From: an archaeon | GTDB taxonomy: Archaea > Iainarchaeota > Iainarchaeia > Iainarchaeales > DTGL01 | Length of the DNA: 64,000 nt | Direction of reading: 5' to 3' | Assembly (NCBI GenBank): GCA_029258755.1 | Contig: JAPDKC010000027.1 | Location: 3,435 to 67,434, forward strand | Shown: positions 31,667 to 39,771 of the stretch, piece by piece | How the letters are laid out: every line of letters starts with the position of its first letter | Position numbering within the stretch: the first letter of the stretch is position 1 | Translations under genes and position numbers: made by a program | The notes under the pieces: generated by a model | What the model saw: only the letters and a program-made list of their open reading frames with translations | Told to the model about the DNA's origin: nothing | Database searches by the model: none

Positions 31667-32419
31667 TTACTGGAAGGAGCCAGCAAGCATAAGCATTTTT
31701 TCGGCTTCAACAAACTTCTTTAAAGGATTGCCCTCTTTGATGGCTTCATCAAGCTTGCGCTTTCTCAGCTTGAGATATTCATTCATAAGCTCTTTAATCT
31801 CTTCTTTTACTTCTTCTATTTTTAGTCCGGAGTAAGAAGCTATGCTCTCGAGCAAATCTTCGCTTAGGTATGTGTTCTTTATGCTTTCCATCCTGAGCTT
31901 TGCCTCTTCTATAAGAAGCTCCACAGAGCTTTGCCTATAGCTTTCTATTTGTTGATTTGCTGCAGCGTTTAGCATAAGTATGTATTGCAACACAACTCCG
32001 CATGCGATCTCTTTTCTGGCTATCTCTTTCTCTTCATCCTCATTGAGGGCACTTTGCATCTTCAAAAAGTACATGTTTTCGCGCTCTGCTATCCATTCCA
32101 AATCCTCAAGCATGGATTCATACACATAGAAAGCCAGCATTAAGTTGGTGTCATTAGCATCTAATGTTTCTATTTCCGGCTTTGCTTGCTTCGCTTCATT
32201 AACAATGGATTGTACCTGCTCATGCAGCTTGAGGGAAAATTGCTTATAATAAGAAAATTTTCTTGGCGGAAGGGTTGTTACTGCATGAAGATAGAGGGTC
32301 AAAAGAACAAACACGCAGGTTATAAGCAAAATGATTGTCTTTGGCATATCAAAAAATTTTTTCCGCTTGCTTGCTCCTTTAGAAGTACGCTTCGCTTTCA
32401 TTAAATCATCTCTGAGCAA
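31667..32419 (-). CDS. Membrane-anchored coiled-coil protein, hypothetical
   Basis: 250 aa. One N-terminal TM then helical/acidic region. Confidence 0.45.
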   Translation of the reverse strand: MLRDDLMKAKRTSKGASKRKKFFDMPKTIILLITCVFVLLTLYLHAVTTLPPRKFSYYKQFSLKLHEQVQSIVNEAKQAKPEIETLDANDTNLMLAFYVYESMLEDLEWIAERENMYFLKMQSALNEDEEKEIARKEIACGVVLQYILMLNAAANQQIESYRQSSVELLIEEAKLRMESIKNTYLSEDLLESIASYSGLKIEEVKEEIKELMNEYLKLRKRKLDEAIKEGNPLKKFVEAEKMLMLAGSFQ

Positions 32420-32491
32420 TAAAGAGAACTTTTCCAGAAATAAAAATAATTAAAAAAGGAATTAAATGCATTCAAACAAGGCCTTTGCGCT

Positions 32492-32863
32492 TTACTTGGC
32501 TGTTGTGCCCTTCGGCGTGCTGGCAAGCCTATAGACCTCTAGCAATGCTACTACAAGAGCTGCTGGTGCAACGAATACAACGATATTGGTAACTATGTTC
32601 GATAGGTACGTGCCAACGGGCGGCACCACAGTGTCGATTACCTCTAGGTCTGCGCTGCCGACAAGCATCAATGCAACCGCTGCAAGCAAGAATCCCGGCA
32701 CTTCCTTGTCTCCAATATTTAGGAAACCTACTATTAGGCCTAAAATTACTAGAACCAGGGTTATGTAGCCAGCGTACTCTGCTACTGCTGCAGCAAAGAT
32801 GCCACCGAAGATCGCTATCAGTACACCAATGATAAAAGCCCAGCTTCCTATTACCTGATCCAT
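32492..32863 (-). CDS. Small membrane protein, hypothetical
   Basis: 123 aa, 3-4 TM helices rich in Gly/Ala/Val/Ile. Confidence 0.5.
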   Translation of the reverse strand: MDQVIGSWAFIIGVLIAIFGGIFAAAVAEYAGYITLVLVILGLIVGFLNIGDKEVPGFLLAAVALMLVGSADLEVIDTVVPPVGTYLSNIVTNIVVFVAPAALVVALLEVYRLASTPKGTTAK

Positions 32864-32901
32864 TTCTCAAAACCCTCCTAGGTTTTTTAACACTATCTAT
32901 A

Positions 32902-33432
32902 ATGAACATGCTTATTTATAAAACTTACTATACCAATTTTTTTGCGATTTTCATGGAAAAAAACTTTAGAAAATTTGATAAGGGATTCGTGCATGAATTA
33001 GCTTTTGTTGAAGGTTTTGTAGAGCTAGAAGAAAACGCTAGCGTTTGGCCCTTCGCTGTTTTGCGCGCCGATGAGGGTAAAATAAAGGTAGGGAAAAATG
33101 CAAATATTCAGGATTGCTGTGTTCTACATGGAAGTGTTGTTATAGGGGATAATGTAACTGTAGGCCATGCAGCAGTAATCCATAATGCAACTATAAGCTC
33201 AAATGTTCTAATAGGAATGAACGCTACCGTGCTGGATAACACCAAAATAGAGCCATGGGTTATTGTTGCTGCTGGCTCGGTTGTAAAGCCGAATTCCCTG
33301 CTTAAATCTGGCTACTTGTATGCAGGAAATCCTGCAGAACAAAAAAGACCTTTAACACAGCAGGATAGGGAGCTTATCAAAAAATCCTACAAAGAATACC
33401 TGAAAAAATTAAAAGAAAGAGGATTGCTATAA
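32902..33432 (+). CDS. Gamma-class carbonic anhydrase family / left-handed beta-helix hexapeptide protein
   Basis: 176 aa. Hexapeptide repeats VGKNANIQDCCVLHG...VTVGHAAVIHNATI typical of the YrdA/PaaY/gamma-CA family. Confidence 0.8.
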   Translation: MNMLIYKTYYTNFFAIFMEKNFRKFDKGFVHELAFVEGFVELEENASVWPFAVLRADEGKIKVGKNANIQDCCVLHGSVVIGDNVTVGHAAVIHNATISSNVLIGMNATVLDNTKIEPWVIVAAGSVVKPNSLLKSGYLYAGNPAEQKRPLTQQDRELIKKSYKEYLKKLKERGLL

Positions 33433-34074
33433 CACTTCTTTTGCCTTTTTTAGCGTCTCTAGTAATATCTTTGAAGCACTTGCTATATTTCTCCCCCAAG
33501 AAAATACTCCCTCGCTATGTCCTAAAGTGACCAGAATTCCCTCTTCCCTTAAATCAAACTTTTTAAAAGCCCCTGCAAGCTCTTTTGCAAGGGAAATGCT
33601 GCCATAGCTTGCCCTTTTGCTTGTATATGGCAAGCCAAGAACGCTTCTAGCATTAAATATCTCCTTACAGTGTGAATGCACTATCGCTCCTATACTTGGA
33701 TTCTGCTCATAGATGCTTGCATGACTTAAAGCTTCGCTGCTTGGCTTTACTTTACCAAATGCTTTGACAAAGTTTTCCTCTATGCTATAATCCTCAATAA
33801 AGCAATATTTTTCACAAGGCAGCTTTGCTATGCTTGCGGTTTGCGAACCAGTTATAACAAATCCTTCCTTTTTGTTCCATCTAATGCGCTTGCTTACATT
33901 TCCGTAGCTAATGCCCTTCATTTTCCCGCTTTTATACACTCCAATAAGCTTGCTCTTAAACAGCTTGTTCCGCCACTTCATAAGATCTGAAAAAAGCTTG
34001 CAAGGCAGCTTAGCTTCAATTAGCTCATAGTTGAATTTTATTACGCCTTCTTTGGTGCTTTTGTTAGCGCTCAA
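33427..34074 (-). CDS. Class II aldolase/adducin N-terminal domain family protein
   Basis: 215 aa. GNVSKRI, PSSEALSHASIY, AIVHSH, LVTLGHSEGVFSWG match the FucA/MtnB-type fold pattern. Confidence 0.65.
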   Translation of the reverse strand: MSANKSTKEGVIKFNYELIEAKLPCKLFSDLMKWRNKLFKSKLIGVYKSGKMKGISYGNVSKRIRWNKKEGFVITGSQTASIAKLPCEKYCFIEDYSIEENFVKAFGKVKPSSEALSHASIYEQNPSIGAIVHSHCKEIFNARSVLGLPYTSKRASYGSISLAKELAGAFKKFDLREEGILVTLGHSEGVFSWGRNIASASKILLETLKKAKEVL

Positions 34075-34093
34075 AAAACCCCCTGCTTTTGAT

Positions 34094-34166
34094 TGCCCCG
34101 GCCGGGATTCGAACCCGGGTCACCAGCTTGAGAGGCTGGGATGCTTAACCCCTACACCACCGGGGC
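34094..34166 (-). tRNA. tRNA-Glu (CTC)
   Basis: Manual fold: acceptor GCCCCGG/CCGGGGC. Anticodon stem CCAGC/GCTGG with loop CTCTCAA. T arm CCGGG-TTCGAAT-CCCGG. Confidence 0.8.
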
Positions 34167-34392
34167 TCAATACAGAATTCTTTGTGGGCTATGTTTTAAA
34201 AATATCCTGTTTAAAAATTTTTTATTCAACCTATGAAGAAATCGGCCGCTGCTGAGCCATGATGAAGATTTTGAGTTCTGAGGTTGAATTCCCGCTTTTT
34301 AAACCTTGCTAAAAATAAAATTTATTTGCTAACCAATGATGAAACCAGCTGAGCTTTGAGCGCAGCGATGAAATAGATTATGAGTTCCGAGG

Positions 34393-34710
34393 TTAGCTCT
34401 TAGCTTTTCCAAATGCTGTTTTCATTCCTAAAGCGATGCAAAAGATCCCAACAGCTGTTTTGCCTATCCCATAAAGAACAACAACACTGAATATTGCCTG
34501 AACTGTTTGAAAAACAGAGCTTAGATTTGTGTAATCCTCGAAGAATGTTGCATCCTGCATTGCCGCTTCAAGAGCATTAGAAGCCCACGAAAAAATCCAA
34601 AAGCCAGTAAAAGTTGTTATTATACCTTCTATGCCCAGAATGAAACCTATGAGAAGGAACGCTATTCCAACATATTTCTCATATTTCCGCATGAAATCAC
34701 CTCCTTGCAA
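34393..34710 (-). CDS. Small membrane protein, hypothetical
   Basis: 105 aa, 3 predicted TM helices. Confidence 0.45.
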   Translation of the reverse strand: MQGGDFMRKYEKYVGIAFLLIGFILGIEGIITTFTGFWIFSWASNALEAAMQDATFFEDYTNLSSVFQTVQAIFSVVVLYGIGKTAVGIFCIALGMKTAFGKAKS

Positions 34711-34713
34711 AGA

Positions 34714-34786
34714 TGCCAGGGGCGGGATTCGAACCCGCGACCTTTCGATTATGAGTCGAACGCTCTAACCGCTGAGCTACCCTGGC
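34714..34786 (-). tRNA. tRNA-Met (CAT), elongator or tRNA-Ile2
   Basis: Manual fold: acceptor GCCAGGG/CCCTGGC. D arm GCTC-AGCGGTTA-GAGC. Anticodon stem TTCGA/TCGAA with loop CTCATAA. Confidence 0.85.
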
Positions 34787-34794
34787 TAGTTTTT

Positions 34795-35502
34795 CTATTT
34801 AAATTTGCTCAAAAAAGGTTTTAATGCTTTTATTTTTTCCTTCACTTTTTTCCATACTGTTTGTGCTCTTACAAAATCATATCTTTCCTTATCAAAGCGA
34901 TAACCAGGCATAGGAATAAACTTTATGGATATTACTCCTTCTTTTTCTAAATTTTTTAAGGCTTCCCAAAGTTTTCTCTTCATCTGAACAATTTCACGTT
35001 TCCTACCTAGTCTGGGCCATCTCTGCAACATTAACTTTTCAAGCCCACAACCCAAATTAGCATACCGTTCTATTAGTTTTCTATTTTTTTCTATAGTTTT
35101 ACGATTTTTAGTTGCATCCTTACGAACTTTAATTATTGTTCGTCCTAATTCATGTCCCTGAAAGACTCTACTTATTACCCATATACGTACATCCGAATTA
35201 ATAGCATCTCTATATGCAAGACGTAAATCATTGGGAGTAGGAAGTGCCTGCATAGGTGTGCCAGGAGGGGCAGGGTGCGTATGGATAAACATTCTTTCTC
35301 CTGGAAGAGGAGGGGCACGAAAAACATGTTGCGGAGTCCCTCTAACAGTAGCATACACAAGCTCATCTCCAGTTTTCTTATACCAGCATGCCTCGAACTC
35401 AAGCTCAAGCCTTTCCTTAAGATGTTTTTGATAAAACTCTTCTATAGCTTTCTTGGGCTTGCCCCAACGCTTCTCAATAAACCTTTTTACAACTCTAGGC
35501 AT
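34795..35502 (-). CDS. HTHP-motif family protein, paralog 1 of tandem array
   Basis: 235 aa. Shares with three neighbours RWGKPKK, GERMFIHTHP...ALPTPNDL, VISRV...ELGRTIIKV, KFIPMPGYRFD. Confidence 0.6.
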   Translation of the reverse strand: MPRVVKRFIEKRWGKPKKAIEEFYQKHLKERLELEFEACWYKKTGDELVYATVRGTPQHVFRAPPLPGERMFIHTHPAPPGTPMQALPTPNDLRLAYRDAINSDVRIWVISRVFQGHELGRTIIKVRKDATKNRKTIEKNRKLIERYANLGCGLEKLMLQRWPRLGRKREIVQMKRKLWEALKNLEKEGVISIKFIPMPGYRFDKERYDFVRAQTVWKKVKEKIKALKPFLSKFK

Positions 35503-36138
35503 TTTGGCTCACTTTTAGCAAATTTTTAAAAAGAAAAGTAAAAAACTCCCTAATACTTCTTTTTCTAGGTATGAAATCTCCTAATTTTTTGTTGTAGTAA
35601 TAACCCTCGGCAGGAAAAAATTTTACTGAGATGTATCCGTGTTTGCACCATCGCTCAAAAACCTCATAACATGCTTTTGGCCAGGCCTTTCCGCTTATCA
35701 GTCCTAATTCTTTAGCATATTCCTTAACCGATAATTCCCTCCATAGCCAGAGAAGTTTTTCCCTATCTTTTACTTTTACTCTTATTATGGTTCTGCCTAT
35801 TTCTTTCCCTTCATCGCTTATACGACTTATTGCCTGTGTTTTTATTCCGTACCAATAGTACAATTCTATAATCGTTTTGAGATCACGTATGCTCGGTATG
35901 CTTGCAAGGGATTCTCCGGGCCTTCCAACATGGGTATGTATAGCCATTTTTTCACCTTTTTGGGAAGCCCACTTTCTCTTATTTTCTCAGATGTTCTAAC
36001 AGCTTTAGCTTTTCTTAATCTTCCTCTTGGAGCTTTGTAAAATAACTCTTCTCGGATTTCACCAAATCTGCAGAGATCTTCTTTAGCATACCTTTCTATA
36101 GTTTTTTTCGGTCTGCCCCAAATAACCCCTTTAACCAT
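35495..36138 (-). pseudogene. HTHP-motif family paralog 2, interrupted by a frameshift in an A-run (35866-36138 N-terminal part, 35495-35947 C-terminal part)
   Basis: Two overlapping ORFs in different frames together cover a full-length paralog. The frame switch maps to the aaaaaa run just upstream of MAIHTHV. Confidence 0.55.
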
Positions 36139-36178
36139 AGAGCAAACACTTATTGCAGTTCATTATAATTTTTGCTAT

Positions 36179-36658
36179 TTACTTCTTGGTGTTTTTATGT
36201 CTTCTAACAGGTTCAAAATCCGCTATCTTTTCGTTGAATCTATAGCCAGGCATTGGAACAAACCTAACAGAAACACCAAGCGATTTTAGCTCTCTTAAAA
36301 GCTTTAATCTTTCCTCTAGATTTGCGCCTTTATATTTTTTTAACCAAGTTCCGTGAGCTTTTGTTGGCCCTGTCTCAAAAAACTTCCTATTTAATTTTAA
36401 AACCGTTCTGCCAATTTCCCTTCCTTTTTCATCAATACGGCTTATCACTTGTGTGGTTATTCCTTCCATCGAGCGTCTGAACAAATCGTCCATATCAGCC
36501 AAACCTGGAAGAGCTCCAAACGCCTTTTGGGATCTTTTAGGGTGAGTGTGAATTAGCATTCTTTCTCCTTCCCTGGGCGCCCTGCTTGCGCTCCAATCAC
36601 GGGCTCTTATATCAGCGGCTTTATTTAAATCCTTTCGTGGCTCTTTATACCAATTCAT
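36179..36658 (-). CDS. HTHP-motif family protein, paralog 3 (N-terminal homology continues upstream to ~36730 without a canonical start)
   Basis: 159 aa from the annotated ATG. GERMLIHTHP...ALPGLADMDDL, VISRIDEKGREIGRTVLKL, RFVPMPGYRFNE. Confidence 0.55.
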   Translation of the reverse strand: MNWYKEPRKDLNKAADIRARDWSASRAPREGERMLIHTHPKRSQKAFGALPGLADMDDLFRRSMEGITTQVISRIDEKGREIGRTVLKLNRKFFETGPTKAHGTWLKKYKGANLEERLKLLRELKSLGVSVRFVPMPGYRFNEKIADFEPVRRHKNTKK

Positions 36659-36750
36659 TTCCAGTGTTTCGATATTTCTTGTCTTTTCTATCTGTTTGTG
36701 CGGTTTGCCCCAGCGCCCTCGTTTGCGCTTTCTAAAAAACTTAATCTACA

Positions 36751-37377
36751 TCACCTCCGGCTTTTTACAGAACCCTCTCTTACACTTACAAAATCATCTA
36801 TCCTTTCATCGAATCTATAGCCTTGCATTGGAATAAATTTTACAGAGAGTAATTTGTCGCTTCTCCATTTTCTAAAAAGTTTATGTGCTTCTATCTCAAG
36901 CCTCTTTTCGCGTTCTTCGATGTCCATATCCTTTAATGATCTTTCAAGGCGTTCCATGTATCCTATGAGCTGGTTTACTTTTTTCTCATCTTTTATTCTG
37001 AGCTTAAGAAATGTTCTGCCTATTTCTTCTCCTTTCTCGTTCACCCTGCTTATAACCCATGTGTTTATTCCATACTCCTTGTACATCGTTAGCAGCCCTC
37101 TTAAATCATTGAAGCTTGGCAATGCGCAGTTAGCTGTAGCTGCTCTCTCAGGATGCGTATGCAGAAATAACCGTTCGCCTTTTTTTGCAGGTTTTGCCAT
37201 TAGAGATGTTCTACTTCTAAATTCTGTACCATACCTTAGATTTCCCCGAGGTTTTTTATAGAATCCACTCTCGTGAATCCAACCTAAATGCCTTAAATCT
37301 CGTTTTGCGAAACCTTCAACAACCCTTTTTGGGATTCCCCAGCGTGTCTTTCGCGAAGCACCTTTGTTCTTAGGCAT
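36751..37377 (-). CDS. HTHP-motif family protein, paralog 4
   Basis: 208 aa. RWGIPKR, GERLFLHTHP...ALPSFNDL, VISRVNEKGEEIGRTFLKL, KFIPMQGYRFDE. Confidence 0.6.
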   Translation of the reverse strand: MPKNKGASRKTRWGIPKRVVEGFAKRDLRHLGWIHESGFYKKPRGNLRYGTEFRSRTSLMAKPAKKGERLFLHTHPERAATANCALPSFNDLRGLLTMYKEYGINTWVISRVNEKGEEIGRTFLKLRIKDEKKVNQLIGYMERLERSLKDMDIEEREKRLEIEAHKLFRKWRSDKLLSVKFIPMQGYRFDERIDDFVSVREGSVKSRR

Positions 37378-37389
37378 AAGAAAAGCCCC

Positions 37390-38085
37390 CTATTCTACCT
37401 CTTCTTCTAATTTCATGATTCGGCTTTTTACTTCAATTTTATCGTTATGTAGAAGAATTCTATCGGCAGAACCCAAAAAAAGCCCTGTTTCTATAACTCC
37501 GGGAATCTTTTTGGTATCGTATTCTAAATCCTCAAGCGAATATATTTGGTCGAATTTTACGTCTATAATATAGTTACCGCTCTCCGTAGTGAAGCGTTCG
37601 CCATTTTCTTTGAGTCTAAAGCTTGCTTCTCCAAATTCATCCAATTGAAGCAAAGTTCTTTCAGCCCCAAAGCTATCAACCTCAAAAGGGATTGTTCCGT
37701 GCAATCTTTTCACGTAGTTTTCCTTCTCGGTAACAACTATAAGTTCTACAGCACTCTGCGCTATCATCTTATCCCTTATTAGCGATGTGGAATCGCGCTT
37801 TATGAAATTGAATTGCGTATCAACCATAGATGCGAACTCGAATGCAATATCAATTTCCTTATCGTTTATTGATGCTATTGGAAGCTTTAGAGATGTGCAA
37901 AGGGCTGCAAGCTTAAGGGATGTTGGAACAATCCTTATATTAAATCCCTTTTCTGCAACCTTGAGGGCTATCTTTTTAAGAAATGCCTCTGAATGGATGC
38001 TTGTTCCCAAAGCAATAGTAACATCATCGCGCAAATATCTGTCTATAAGCGCCTCTATTATTTCTTCTTCAAGCATTTGGCTCAC
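37390..38085 (-). CDS. rpiA: Ribose-5-phosphate isomerase A-like protein (divergent)
   Basis: 231 aa. ALGTSIHS (phosphate loop-like), IDIAFEFASMVD (aligns to DGADE region), FIKRD, GVIETGLFLG typical RpiA C-terminus. Confidence 0.6.
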   Translation of the reverse strand: MSQMLEEEIIEALIDRYLRDDVTIALGTSIHSEAFLKKIALKVAEKGFNIRIVPTSLKLAALCTSLKLPIASINDKEIDIAFEFASMVDTQFNFIKRDSTSLIRDKMIAQSAVELIVVTEKENYVKRLHGTIPFEVDSFGAERTLLQLDEFGEASFRLKENGERFTTESGNYIIDVKFDQIYSLEDLEYDTKKIPGVIETGLFLGSADRILLHNDKIEVKSRIMKLEEEVE

Positions 38086-38197
38086 TGGCTAATATAATGT
38101 GCGTTTATCCCTTTTTAACCTTTTGTTTTTCCTTTAAAAAATCAAACCGAACAAAAAGAAAACTAATATAAAAGCTTGGCTTGCTTGAATTCTATAT

Positions 38198-38785
38198 ATG
38201 CTTATTCAAGAAGAAGAGCTAGTTTTAGACAAGAAGGAGCTTAGAGTCCTAAGCTCTGATACAAGGATGCAGATATTGAAGCTTCTTGCAAACAGGAATT
38301 ACACTGTTTCGGAACTTGCGAAAAAGCTCAATTATTCCAAATCAACAATACACGAGCACATAAATAAGCTTCTTGAGGCAGGTCTCATAGAGCGTGTTGA
38401 TAGCGGCTTTGCAAACAAGTGGGTTTATTATAAGCTTTCTAAAAAAGGCTCACAGCTTTTTGATAGGACAAGAAAGGTTGTTGTTATAGTCGCTAGCGTG
38501 TTTCTTTTACTCGGAACATTACAGCTAGCGCTTCTTGCAAGTAATTTCTTTGTGGTCAGCTCAACGAGGAAAGCGGCTCCAGAAATCGCCTCAAAGCATA
38601 TGCCCTTAGCTGAGAAACATGCCCATGAAAGACAGGTAGAAAGCAGAGAAGTGTATGCAGTACCCACTATTCAGAAAAGCATGCTTCTTTACGGTAGCAT
38701 AGCAAGCTTCGTAATAGCAGCGCTTCTCATTCTATACTATAAAAGAGCTTATCATAAAATAGTACTGAGAAGAACCTACAGGTGA
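38198..38785 (+). CDS. ArsR-type wHTH transcriptional regulator with C-terminal transmembrane segments
   Basis: 195 aa. TRMQILKLLANRNYTVSELAKKLNYSKSTIHEHINKLLEAGLI HTH. Two hydrophobic C-terminal helices. Confidence 0.65.
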   Translation: MLIQEEELVLDKKELRVLSSDTRMQILKLLANRNYTVSELAKKLNYSKSTIHEHINKLLEAGLIERVDSGFANKWVYYKLSKKGSQLFDRTRKVVVIVASVFLLLGTLQLALLASNFFVVSSTRKAAPEIASKHMPLAEKHAHERQVESREVYAVPTIQKSMLLYGSIASFVIAALLILYYKRAYHKIVLRRTYR

Positions 38786-39717
38786 GCAAGGGCTTTTTTA
38801 AACTCTCTTTTTATTCCTCTCCCTAGATGTAAAGGTCCGAACTCCGCATTTATTATAAGATAGCATCCAAAAATAAGAACAAGCATCCAGAGTATCTGCA
38901 TAGCAACAATCTGTTCTGCTAAAAAGATGAACGATAGGAATGCTGTTATAGCAGGTGTGATGAGAAGCATGCTTGATGTTGCAACAAGGCCTTGTTCCTC
39001 TATACTTTTGAAGTAGAAATAATTGCCAATGCCAAGCCCAAGCATACCTGAGATTAAAGGCACAAATGCCAAAGGTTGAATAAGTTCTGAAGGCCTATTC
39101 CCTTGAACGAAGAAAAACATTAACGCTATAAAAAAGCTTGAGGCAAATATTATGCTTAGCGAGGTTGCGCTTTCTTTATGGTTTGCTAGTGATTTTAAGT
39201 AGGCAGAATAAAAGCCGCCGAATAGATGCGCAAGCATTATAAGAGCCACACCAAATCCAAGCTCAAAGCTTAATGCTGTCTTGGCTGTGACAACACCAAA
39301 CGCACCAATAAAAGCAAGCAGCATGCCTATAAAAAATCTTTTTGAAAGCAGAAGACGCTTCTCATCAATAAACAACAAAGCGGATATAGTAGCTATAAAT
39401 ACAATATTTACTCTGGAAAGGATGCCTACAGTGGCAGCATCCATTACCATATAATTTCCGGAGACCCAAAAGATAACAGCCAAACCATAAAGAATGCCTG
39501 CAGGCACAAATATCTTCCAGCGCTTTAGCTCTCTTTTAAGTTCTTCCTCCTCAAAGAGCGCTATTAAAGCAAAAACAAGCAAGCCGCCTACAAACCTAAG
39601 CATTGTTTGCTCTGCTATGGAGAAGAAAGGGATTAATGCTTTGATAAATATTGGTTGAACACCATAACAAAATGCAGCTATGCTCACATATACCAATGAC
39701 TTGGAGAGCTTCCTCAT
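38776..39717 (-). CDS. EamA/DMT-superfamily transporter
   Basis: 313 aa, ~10 TM helices, duplicated EamA-like halves. Confidence 0.65.
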   Translation of the reverse strand: MRKLSKSLVYVSIAAFCYGVQPIFIKALIPFFSIAEQTMLRFVGGLLVFALIALFEEEELKRELKRWKIFVPAGILYGLAVIFWVSGNYMVMDAATVGILSRVNIVFIATISALLFIDEKRLLLSKRFFIGMLLAFIGAFGVVTAKTALSFELGFGVALIMLAHLFGGFYSAYLKSLANHKESATSLSIIFASSFFIALMFFFVQGNRPSELIQPLAFVPLISGMLGLGIGNYFYFKSIEEQGLVATSSMLLITPAITAFLSFIFLAEQIVAMQILWMLVLIFGCYLIINAEFGPLHLGRGIKREFKKALAHL

Positions 39718-39771
39718 AATCAGAGTTTTTAGAGAGCGTCATATTTTTAATCTCATAAGCCCTTATAAAAT

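Noticed and set aside
32529-32909. 126-aa ORF overlapping the 123-aa membrane-protein ORF (32492..32863) on the same strand in another frame.
   Set aside because: The translation is Arg/Cys/Ser-rich junk, whereas the alternative frame gives a clean multi-TM protein. A GC-rich Ala/Gly/Val-coding region commonly yields such shadow ORFs.
35175-35408. 77-aa ORF nested in paralog 1 of the HTHP array.
   Set aside because: Internal out-of-frame ORF within a gene whose frame is supported by three paralogs.
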